A stretch of DNA of 64,000 nt from Daphnia carinata (taxonomy: Eukaryota): assembly GCF_022539665.2 (NCBI RefSeq), contig NC_081333.1, forward strand, positions 744,001 to 808,000, in the 5' to 3' direction. The translations under genes were made by a program, and so were the position numbers. Within the stretch, counting starts at the first letter, position 1, and each line of letters begins with the position of its first letter. Positions 50,204 through 61,268 of this stretch are shown here, in pieces. The notes under the pieces are model-generated. The model ran no database searches. It saw only the letters and a program-made list of their open reading frames with translations, and had not been told where the DNA came from.

Positions 50204-51260
50204 TTCGAGATCTTGAATGCCGATAATGAATAAATAAAATATTGTGGTTCTTATTCTCTCGCTTTTTCATCCCTTCAAAAAAAAAATTAAGAAACGATGG
50301 CTTTTAAAGCAAAACAAAAAAAAATTAATAATAATGTTTTTTTTTTAAACTGTTTTTTTTTTTTTTTTTTATATTTTCCCCTTTTTTTATTTTTTTTTTT
50401 TTTTTTTTTATTTTTTTATTTCTCAATTCCTTTGTGTACATACAACCCTAACAAGTTTTGCTATCGTTTGACATTTTAAAGTAGTAACTGGCAATGCTAT
50501 AAGAGAGGAGTCCCACTGGTGTTTGAGCACCAATCTCCCTTCTCTCTCCACATCTTGAAATTCTCGTGTTCTTGTACTATTGCGTGTGCAACTACAGTAA
50601 TAAATATGAAGAGATTTTCTCTTACGGTTTCAGGTTTAGTTCACTTCTTGTTCTATCCTGTTGCTAGACTTTATTTTCCATTGACCCAATGTCCATTCGA
50701 TATGTACTGTAATTATTACACATTTTTGGGTGCAGATAGTTTCAAATAATAATGTAGCAGCCATGTTTAGTAGTGCAGGAGTAATGACTTATTGGCAATA
50801 GTTTGAACTACAAGAATTGTTATTTATTTATATATATTTTTTTTAAATTTATTCTACGCGTGTTGTTTAGATGCACAAACCCACGCGATTCCTCAGCCAT
50901 AGAAAAGCCTATGTAGCAATATTGAGGGTGTATGGGATAAAACCCAGTAATTAATTAATCATCTAGTAATTGATGCATTCAAACAATTTCTTCTTGAAAA
51001 CTTCATGTAATGTTTATATGAATCTAATTTATTGGATAAGCTCTTTTGTCTTCAACAAGGCCTTATTACACTGATTACTATAACAGTTGTAAATATATTA
51101 TGAGTAACTGCTTACAAGTTTTGCACATCTAGATCAGAAACTTTATTGACTGTCTACATTTTCCTGCAACAAACATTTCATATAAGTTAGTAATATCTAC
51201 TGCACAGCTTTAACTGTGCAAACATTATAATTTATCAGTTTGGGTTTAAGCCGTTCATAT

Positions 51261-52098
51261 TCACAATTTTAAAAGCATTTGATTGACCAGTGGGTCAGCT
51301 GCTTCTTTACCAGCAAGTTGCTCTACCAACGACAGAGCAAATTCAAATGCTGTGCCAGGCCCTTGGCTGGTTGTCACGTTACCTGAAGGCAGTTTATTAG
51401 CATTTTTTTAAGTAGCAGCGAAATTCAACTAAGTATTTACCATCTATCACAACTCGTTCATCATCAACATACTTATAATTATCAACCAGCCTCTCTTTCA
51501 TGCTAGGATAAGATGTTATTTGCTTGCCCAGGGCAATACTGTGAGATTTAAAGGCAATAGGAGCTGTAATGCATTAAAAAGAATCTCTTCACACATTGTG
51601 CTAGGGTATGCCAGTACAATTTTATTTATGATACCTGCGCAAATTGCTGCAACAATTTTCCCTCCATTTTCATGTTGCTTCAAGATTTGCCCAACTAAAG
51701 GGGCTTCACTAAGAAGTTCAGATCCTTTCAGGCCACCAGGAAGTATAACTGCATCATAAGGTGAGGTTGCATGAGCCTCTTCCAGACTCGTGTCTGGAAC
51801 AATAGACACCATCCGACTGCATTTAACAGTATCTTTTCCAGCAAGTCCAGCAACTGTTACATCAATCTGTAAATGAGAATGCTTTTTAGAATGTCATCAG
51901 TGTTTTGTATTCGTATGTCTAACCTACCCCACCCCGACGTAGAGTGTCAATTGTTATAACTGCTTCCATTTCTTCCGCTCCTATGCATTTCAATAATTGT
52001 GATAGAAGTAAATCCTAAAATCTATTTATGAGGAAGGAGAAAATAGGGTTGAAAAAAAACTTGCCCTCAGCTAGAATAATAAGTGCTCGTTTGCTCAT
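51261..52098 (-). CDS. PARK7: DJ-1 / PARK7 (ThiJ/PfpI family deglycase)
   Basis: Exons 52098-52065, 51980-51928, 51866-51635, 51563-51441 and 51382-51261 give [29 protein letters not shown]...YDAVILPGG...VAAICAAP...[14 protein letters not shown]...LLKL*. The Glu18- and Cys106-equivalent catalytic residues are present. Confidence 0.97.
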
Positions 52099-52637
52099 GG
52101 TACAATTAATAAATGCAAGAAAACTTAGCAACACGTTAAATTGCGTGTCAGACGAATCTAGATTCGTATGCTTCGTCTGAAAACAACAAAATAATTTCGT
52201 AGGAAACGGGATACCGCTGAGATTTCACTCCAACTTGTTCTTGCTGGCGCGCTGGTGCGTTCCGTTATCTAGCTAGCGCGCATATTTTAAATAGCTAGCG
52301 GGTGAATTTCGAGCTTCTTAACTTATCCATACATACGGTGAAAAAAGACGTTGCCGTCTTCCTAGTGTCTTAATTCTTTATGGTTTTGTTTGTTTTTATT
52401 TTGTCCTGTGCAACAAATGGCTCTTGTATTTCAAAATAATATTTATTTTGTTTTGGTGTAATGTGTAATTGAGCAGTGTACGTTATGAATCTTATGATTA
52501 CCTCCTTCATCAACCTCCCTCTCTCAACCTTTTCCCTTACCTGGCAACATATATCTTATATGAAACATTTACCCCCTACAAATCAACAGAATAATATCAT
52601 TGATCAAACTGATTATTAGGCACAGATGATTTACACA

Positions 52638-53092
52638 TATGGCAATCCGTTTTACCCAAAATAAAAATAAAAAATATTGGCCTTTTTTCTATTTTACTGC
52701 TATCGCCATCTACCGGTCATATTTCTATTTAATTCTCTACACACACTGACCGAAAAATTTTTAAGCCGGATTAGATAAGCCCGACTTTTCTCGGTCGGGC
52801 TTAAAAAACATTTCTGCAAAAACTGACACTCATCGGAATTGGTTAAAAATCATTGGGTATACTCAAAATTGAATGCTGATTCTGAAGATATTGCTATTTT
52901 TTCATTAAGGTCATTGTTTTAATATTTGAGAAAATGCTAGCGCGCTAGTACGCTACAGCGCTAGTGCGATGCGGCGGAAACATTCGCTGAGTATATATAG
53001 AAAATTAACTATAAATCTAGGTAGATGGCGATAGCAGTGAAACAGAAAAAAAGCCGATATATATATTTTTTTTGGGTTAAGCGGATTGCCAT
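52638..53092. mobile_element. MITE-like ~450 bp unit with ~75 bp terminal inverted repeats
   Basis: ATGGCAATCCG...TATCGCCATCTACC at the left end mirrors GGTAGATGGCGATAG...CGGATTGCCAT at the right end. An internal TTAAGCC...GGCTTAA palindrome lies at 52761-52804. Confidence 0.7.
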
Positions 53093-53230
53093 TATGGCAA
53101 TCCGTTTTACCCAAAAAAAAAAGAAAAATATCGGCCTTTTTTTCTATTTCACTGCTATCGCCATCTACCGGTGGGTAGCAGTAAAACAGAAAGTAAGGCA
53201 GATATTTTTATTTTTATTTTTTTTTTTTTT

Positions 53231-53261
<31 letters not shown>

Positions 53262-55267
53262 AAAACGGATTGCCATACATTGCATCAGACTTACCCATTC
53301 GCCAACCCAAGTGTGCATATGTCTTTCTTTGACAATTATTTACTTTGCTACTATGTTTGGTAAACTGCAATTATGCCCAATATTTTTGTCTTTGCATTTT
53401 AGATCTACTCTTAGATGATCTATACCTGATCCTTTGTTCTAAAGTGATCTGCTTTCACAGCTACATTTCTGTGTTCTTTTCCGTTGGTCTATGGTTCTGA
53501 ATTGAGGCAGGTATATCTATTATGCTATGTCACTAAGTACTATAGGGAAAAGAATAACTGAAGTTGATTGAGATCTATTCTGATTCTCCTGATATCCATC
53601 TCAACAGGTGTTTATTTGCTTTTCAACATCCATTTCATAGTGGTACATGTGGCTTTGATTAATATTACCATAAAGACTGCCGAAAATGGGTGTGGTACGG
53701 AAACCCAGAAATGGCATGAGTTCAACATCAAACATGGATTAGGTACTTTTCGGTTTTTTGTCTACCGAAAAAGTATTTTAAATGCTATTATTTTGCATTC
53801 ACAGAATTTTAGTGTGGGATAAGTCAAGTCTGGAAGTGTTACAGGATGGAAGAGTGAGCCTACAGCTGAAAAAACACTGAGAGTGCATTACCATTAAGGT
53901 ATGAGGTAAAGTAATAGAGTATGCACATTGTCTAATGAGAAGTACCATCTTGTGTAAATGAATCTTGTGTAACAGCAATCCTTTATAGTTCTGTCACAGC
54001 TAGAAGCCTCAAATAATTATGGTTCCCTTGCTAAAAGAACAGCTTGTCCTTTACATTCAGAGTATTGGTGAAGCTGGGTACTTAAATGGCCCTAAAGATG
54101 TTTCACTTCACTGGCATTGCAGCGATGAACATCATACATGGACTCTTTAGGTATGAAAGGAATTTTCTTGAAAAATTTTTGAATTTATGATGAAGCTTTT
54201 CTCCTCCTTTTTGCCAACCATGTCTAATCTACAAAAAAAAATTTATCCAATAGGAAAGGATTTTCAGCATACTGGGAACACAACTATCAGCAATGCAACA
54301 TTCTAGGGGTGTTATTTTATCCTTCAAGAGCCTTATACAATGATTTTCATCTACAATTTGTATGGCCTTTCCCGAGCTTCTGCCAGAAGTTGAATCTATG
54401 AGTCATGTAAGTCACATGAGCAACAATTGAGATGCTTAATGGTGTTGTTTTTCTTTTCTCAGTGTAGGTTAATAGTAACATTGGATCTGAAAAAATTCTT
54501 GGTTGGGGCATGACACTGAATAAATTGTAATGATTGGATGGATGACATGATATTTCTATATTTCATTCGGATTCCCGAGACGGTATTTGATATTAAAAAA
54601 ATTGAAGTGCATATCTGGGCTCCCTTCCTTTCCGTAGCCCCGTTTCCCCTTGACTCGTAATAAGCCCGTAGGGGGTCATGCCCCTACTGTACGGTATATA
54701 TAAAAACAACATATACCGAGGTTTGGAGGGCTCTGGCCGGAAAGGGGACGTGGGGTGCCGCTTCGTCCGATGATGTGTTCACGGAGGGCGACCTGGCTAC
54801 CCACAAATCCGAACTAAAGGTTAATCGCTCCTGTAAAAATGTTCCAAATCTTCAGCTCTTCTTCCGGCTTCTCTTAGCCAATCACCGGGTAATCTCCCCG
54901 GTGGGTCAACAAGGCAGTGTCTCCCCCTGCCTGGGTTGACGGCAACTTTTGAAAGGGCTATTGTGCCTTTTTAAAGTTGCAAAAATAATTGTAATGTGCA
55001 GAAAATTGTCAATAAAATTTTTTTTATAAAATTTTTTTGCAAAATTCGTTATTTTCATTGTCTGTATTCGCTATGTTCACACGTTACATTTTTTATATTT
55101 AGCTTGCTTAATTCACCTTTATTGTTTTTGTCACCTTTGATGGTAAGCATTGTTTCCATTGGTTTATCGTTTATCTGTAAGTATTATTTATTACACTCTT
55201 TGAATTCTTCAACTTAAATTCAAGGAACAATCTGGAAATTTTATGAAGTAATTTTGTATTTTGTTTT

Positions 55268-55337
55268 ACTCGTATGGGAACCGATCCCCAGACATTCAGC
55301 GTGCAACGCCGAAGCTCTAACATTGAGCCACGAGATA
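55268..55337 (-). pseudogene. tRNA-derived (Ala-TGC-like) A/B-box sequence, SINE-head-like
   Basis: The minus strand reads TGGCTCAATGTTAGAGC-TTCGGC GTTGCAC GCTGA-ATGTCTGGGGATCGGTTCCC: a D-arm/A-box, an anticodon hairpin and a degenerate B-box. The acceptor stem is poor. Confidence 0.6.
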
Positions 55338-55433
55338 TATTTCAATTCTTTATTATCGCATATCATATGTTATCGTCTAGGATGTTTATGCAGTCTTTCA
55401 CAACTATATGTTTATCTGTCTACTGCTTTCATA

Positions 55434-55500
55434 AGGTCCATAGCTCTGTGGTAGAGCCTTTAGCTGCGAAATCTGTTACCCAGGTTCAAACCTCAATAGA
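55434..55500 (+). pseudogene. Degenerate tRNA-like A/B-box sequence
   Basis: TAGCTCTGTGGTAGAGC at 55441 is followed by GGTTCAAACC at tRNA-like spacing. The stems are decayed. Confidence 0.5.
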
Positions 55501-55619
55501 TGTAAAAAAATGAAGCAGAATAAATGTAGAAGACAATATTGTAGTATTGCATTTCAGTTTTATTCTAAGTGTAAATGCAAGTCCGCAAGTGACTAGAAAA
55601 AAAACAACTTAAGATCACA

Positions 55620-55690
55620 TGATTCATGGCTCATTGGTAGAGCATTGGCGCGGTATGCCGAACATCGAGGGTTCGATCCCTGGATAATAA
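55620..55690 (+). pseudogene. tRNA-derived A/B-box sequence, SINE-head-like
   Basis: TGGCTCATTGGTAGAGC-ATTGGCGCGGTATGCCGA-ACATCGAGGGTTCGATCCCTGG contains an intact A box and B box. Confidence 0.65.
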
Positions 55691-57030
55691 TTAAATGCTT
55701 ACAGATAAACGATAAACCAATGGAAACAATGCTTACCATCAAAAGTGGTATAAACTATAAAATTGAATTGAGCAAGCTAAATAAAAAAAAATATTGATAA
55801 AGGTGATAAATAAACACAGCGAACACAGACAATGAAAGAAACAAATTTTGCAAAAAATATTTTATAAAAACAATTTTATTGACAATTCTCTGCACATTAC
55901 AATTATTTTTGCAACTTTAAAAAGGCACAATAGCCCTTTCAAAAGTTGCCGTCAACCCAGGCAGGGGGAGACACTGCCTTGTTGACCCACCGGGGAGATT
56001 ACCCGGTGATTGGCTAAGAGAAGCCGGAAGAAGAGCTGAAGATTTGGAACATTTTTACAGGAGCGATTAACCTTTAGTTCGGATTTGTGGGCAGCCACGT
56101 CACCCTCCGTGAACACATCATCGGACGAAGCGGCACCCCACGTCCCCTTTCCGGCCAGAGCCCTCCAAACCTCGGTATATGTTGTTTTTATATATACCGT
56201 ACAGTAGGGGCATGACCCCCTACGGGCTTATTATGAGTCAAGGGGAAACGGGGCTTCAGAAAAGAAGGGAGCCCAGATATGCACTTCAATTTTTTAAATA
56301 TCAAATACCGTCTGGGGAATCCGAATTAAGTATAGCAATGTCATGTCATCCGTCCAATCAATACAATTTATTCAGTGTCTTGCCCCAACCAAGAATCTTT
56401 TCAGATCCAATGTTACTATTAACCTATATTGAGAAAAGAAAAACAACACCGTTAAACATATCAACTGTTGATCATGGAACTTACATGACTCATAGATTCA
56501 ACTTCTGGTGGAAGCTTGGGAAAGGACATACAAATTGCAGATTAACTTCATTGTATAAGGCTCTTGAATGATAAACTAGCACCTGTAGAATGTTGCATTG
56601 TTGATAGTTGTGTTCCCAGTACATGAAAATCCTTTCCTATTGGATAAAATTTTTTTTGGTAGATAAGACCTGGTTGGCAAAAGGAGGAGAAATTCTTCGT
56701 CATAAATTCAAAATTATTTGAAGAAAAATCCTTTCATACCTAAAGAGTCCATGTATGATGTTCATCTCTGCAATAGCAGCAAAATTAAAACATCTTTAGG
56801 GCCATTTAAGTACCCAGTTTCCCCAACACTCTGAACATAAAGGACAAGTTGTTCTTTAGACAGAGAAGCAGAATTATGTGAGGCTTCTAGCTGTGACAGA
56901 ACTATAAAGGATTGCTGTTGTACTGGATTCATTAACACAAGATGGTACTTCTCATTAGGCAATTTGCATTACTCTATTAATTTACCTCACACCTTACGGT
57001 AATGCACTCAGTGTTTTTTCATCTGTAGGC

Positions 57031-57745
57031 TCACTCTTCCATCCTGTAACACTTCCAGACTTGATTTGATCCCCCGTTAAAATCTGTGAATGCAAAATAA
57101 TAGCATTAAAAATACTTTTTCGATAGACAAAAAACCGAAAAGTACCTAATCCATGTTTCATGTTGAACTTGTGCCATTTCTGGGTTTCTGTACCACACCC
57201 ATTTTCGGCCCAAATACGTTCCGACAATTGTTCAGTTCCTTCACTGCATGAGCTTATTACTAACGATTCTTTTAGTGCAGCACTAACAGAATTTAAATTT
57301 AACACACTGTCATGTGGTGGACTGAATAACTAAGCAATAAATAATTGTTTTTTAAAATTCTATACTTATTTTGAATTCTTATTTGAAAACTTTAGGTACC
57401 TGGCTGTGTTCGCCTAATGCCAACTCATCCTCACGTTCAGTTAGAGATGAGTTTTGAAAAACTCCTTCACTGTTTGGAAACTGTTCCGTTCCAATTTGTT
57501 CTTTTCTCCTAGCTGAGCTTGAAGACTCAAAATTTGAACTACAAAACACGAATGAATAAAAGCAAATAAATAGAATCATTACGTGTTAGGCCTACGATCC
57601 TTAGCTTTGTTATCTAATATTTTGTGTTGTTCCAATAACTGGGCCTGCAGCTTCATAATTTGATCTAATAAACAATAATTAATAATTGAAAACCAATATA
57701 ATAATGTTTATACTTACCATTTTTTTGTTTTATTATCTTATCCAT
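57031..57745 (-). CDS. Hypothetical 161-aa five-exon orphan protein inside the repeat complex
   Basis: Exons 57745-57718, 57664-57583, 57538-57400, 57329-57146 and 57083-57031 are joined by GT-AG introns of 53, 44, 70 and 62 nt and keep one frame: MDKIIKQKNDQIMKLQAQLLEQHKILDNK...WHKFNMKHGLDFNGGSNQVWKCYRMEE*. Confidence 0.4.
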
Positions 57746-59224
57746 TTTTCAATTGTTCCTCCAGCCACGCGTTGTTCTCCAGCCACGCTACTCAATTAAC
57801 TGCTAATGGGATACAATTAACTCAAATTGCTTACATGCCTGTAATAACGAAACCGACTGATAGATGGCTACGGGTAGAAAAAAGAGAAAAAAGTGCGATT
57901 TTTTTTTTCCGCCATTTTTTTTTTTTTTTTTTATGTAAAACGGATTGCCATACTAAAAAAAGAATCTATGGCAATCCGTTTTACCCAAAATAACAAATAA
58001 AAAAGACTGGCCTTTTTTTCTGTTTTACAGCTATCGTCATCTACCGGTCACGTTTCTAGTTAATTTTCTACATCCACTGACCGAAAAAAATTTTAAGACC
58101 GACTAAATAAGCTCGACTTTCTGTTTTTTACGGTTAATTCAAAATCTATAAGCCCAATATAAAAATATACCCTATTTTCCTGATCAGTGATCAATTTCGC
58201 ATCGGAATAATGTATTTTTTTATGAAATCTAGGATTTATAGAAAATTGGAAAAGTGAGAAGGCTATAGCCTTATTACTTTTTCAATTTTGGCAAAATTTT
58301 TGATTTCGCTTTAAATACATGGTTTCAATACAGAATTGAGCGGGCATCACGAATGCGAGGGTTGTTTTCACGTGGGACTCATAGTTTTTGAATAAAACTT
58401 AAAAAACGATAAAAGTTGGGCTAAAAAATGAGCCCGCGCTTATATTGCCGGGCTTAAAGTTTTTTCCTATTAAAAAAAAAATAGCGTTAAATCTAGATAA
58501 CTATACATGATTCTCATTCAAAATTAACCAAGGAACACGAAAATGGAATTTATTTTTACGTAGATTATAAGGTTTTGGAGTACTCTAAAATATAAAAATA
58601 GTGTGTGTGCGAATCGAAACCATTACAAGCGCGCCAGTACGCTACAGCGCTAGCATGACACATCATACTTCTTTGATTATTCAAAAACCATAAACTCTAC
58701 TTAAAAACAAATTTCATTTTCTTACTCCTTGTTAAAGTTTGAATCAGATACATATATAGTTATCTGGATTTAATTATATTATTTTTCAATAGGAAAAAAT
58801 GTTAAGCCCGACAATCTAAGCCCGACTTTCTGCCGTATCGCGCTAACGCTGTAGCGTACTGGCGCGTTAGCATTGCGTTAAATATTCCGTGTATTTCAAA
58901 AATAATTAACTTAATTTTAAAAACAGGAATTTTCCCCGAATCAGCATTCAATCAACATCAACATCAATTGGGTAAAACGGATTGCCATACATTTGCATCA
59001 GACTTACCCATTCGCCAACCCAAGTGTGCATATGTCTTTCTTTGTTCGTCTTTTTTTTCTGTTTCACTTGAAAGACATTCAGCGTGCAACGCCGATGCTC
59101 TAACATTGAGACACAGTGATGTTATCTCAAGTTGTGTTTTTTGTTTTAAAACAATCATCAAAATTATTCTAAGTGAAAATGGGATGTCCGTAGCTTAAAA
59201 TAAAAAACACAACTTGCGATAACA

Positions 59225-59296
59225 TAACTTGTGGCTCAATGGTAGAGCATCGGCCTGATAAGCCGAAAATAAAGGGTTCGATTCCCCAGAGTCAAA
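59225..59296 (+). pseudogene. tRNA-derived A/B-box sequence with a CTGATAA (GAT anticodon) loop
   Basis: TGGCTCAATGGTAGAGCA-TCGGC CTGATAA GCCGA-AAATAAAGGGTTCGATTCCC has a perfect anticodon stem, but the acceptor stem and outer T stem do not pair. A truncated opposite-strand partner lies at 59072-59117. Confidence 0.65.
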
Positions 59297-59439
59297 ATTG
59301 AAAAAACCAGAATGGATAAAAAGCTATCACGTATGTACTAATAACCAAGGTTTAAACATCAATTGTGCATTACCTGTTTGATAAATGATGAATAAAATAC
59401 TCCGAAGCACCCTATTAAGTAATACAGCAATCAAAATCA

Positions 59440-60466
59440 ATACATGAATCCCGTTTTGCAAAAAAATTGTTTCAAATAGTTTTTTAATGACAATTCTCTG
59501 CACAATTCAATTGTTTTTGCAACTTTTGAAGGGATATACAACCCCTTACAAAAGTTGCCGTCAACCAAGGCAAGGGGAGACACTGCCCTGTTTGACCCAC
59601 CGGGGGAGATTACCCGGTGCTTGGCTAAGAGAAGCCGGAAGAAGAGCCGAAGAAATGGAACATTTTCACAGGAGCGATTAACCTTTAATTCGGATTTGTG
59701 GGTAGCCACATCGCCCTCCGTGAACACATCATCGGACTAAGCGGACCCCCACGTCCCCTTTCCGGCCAGAGCCCTCCAAACCTCGGTATATGTTGTTTTT
59801 ATATATACCGTACAGTAGGGGCATGACCCCCTACGGGCTTATTATGAGTCAAGGGGAAACGGGGCTACAGAAAAAAAGGGAGCCCAGATATGCACTTCAA
59901 TTTTTTAAATATCAAATACCGTCTGGGGAATCCGAATGAAGTATAGATATGCTATGTCATCCATCCAATCATTACAATTTATTCAGTGTCTTGCCCCAAC
60001 CAAGAATCTTTTCAGATCCAATGTTACTATTAACCTATATTGAGAAAAGAAAAACCACACCATTAAGCATATCAATTGTTGCTCATGTAACTTACATGAC
60101 TCATAGATTTAACTTCTGGCAGAAGCTTGGGAAAGGCCATACAAATTGCAGATGAAAATCATTGTATAAGGCTCTTGAATGATAAACTAGCACCCGTAGA
60201 ATGTTGCATTGTTGATAGTTGTGTTCCCAGTATAGGAAAATCCTTTCCTATTGGATAAATATTTTTTCGTAGATTAGACATGGTTGGCAAAAAGGAGGAG
60301 AAATGCTTCGTCTTAAATTAAAAATTATTTGAAGAAAATTCCTTTCATACCTTAAGAGTCCATGTATGATGTTCATCGCTGCAATTGCAGCAAAGTGAAA
60401 CATCTTTAGGGCCATTTAAGTACCCAGTTTCACCAACACTCTGAACATAAAGCACAAGTTGTTCTT
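59440..60466 (+). repeat. Third copy of the arm sequence (direct repeat of ~55840-56860), resuming at 61400 after an insertion
   Basis: It shares the core GTTGCCGTCAACC...GAAGCCGGAAGAAGAGC...GTAGGGGCATGACCCCCTAC and the downstream AT-rich arm. Confidence 0.92.
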
Positions 60467-61234
60467 CATAACCTCATATCACCTCATTTTATGGAAAAGG
60501 AATTTGGTAGGTATCAGTTCAGAATAAAAATTGTGAACGCAGGCATTGGTTTGGGACATGACTAATGAGCTGCTTCATGGATACAACTTTTTTTTTTTTA
60601 GTCCTCTTCAGCATGACATGAATTCCAGCACGTTCTACACACATATCAGCACTTAGTGATATATCAATTACAGCAATTAAAATAGTACCACCTTTTAATG
60701 TTTTTTTTACTCCATGATTTGTCTTTGTTGCAATTGGGAAGGCAAGGCAACTGATCCATGGTGATTTATTCATCACACTTGCTGTAACCATCGTCCCAAT
60801 GTATCAGCTTTTCTGTCAATAGTAGTTTGCTAATACGACATTGACGATTAAAATTAGAAAATTAAACAAATTCAGCGGAAAAGCATTACCATGGGGTTAC
60901 ATCTTGCATGTTGACGAAGAATCCTAGGTTTATCATGTACATGGCAGAATATCCACATTGCCTGGATGGCGCAATCCTTTGCGTAATCACACAACTAATA
61001 AGTAAAACATTGAATTGAAACCAAATTTAACTGAAGTTTCACCAAACAGCCGGCTAGCACCTCTGAATTCCAAAACTACGCCTACACATTCGTATCAAGC
61101 TTTTCCAGCATGTCTCACCTTTGGCATCTCTTTGCTTTTTGCTGGCAGTTATTTCGGTTGCTGTCACCATATACCGACCGGTAGACGGCGATAGCAGTGA
61201 AACAGGAAAAAAAGGCCGATTTTTTTTTTTTTTT

Positions 61235-61268
<34 letters not shown>

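Larger units (their letters stand above)
53679..57209. repeat. Long inverted repeat (palindrome) with ~1.5 kb arms
   Basis: 53679-~55190 is the reverse complement of ~55695-57209. The inner GC-rich part (54841-55020 vs 55871-56050) is almost identical between the arms. Confidence 0.93.

Noticed and set aside
59225..59296. Functional bacterial-type tRNA-Ile(GAT) or horizontal transfer
   Set aside because: The acceptor stem and outer T stem do not pair, and sister copies have different loops. It is better explained as a tRNA-derived repeat head.
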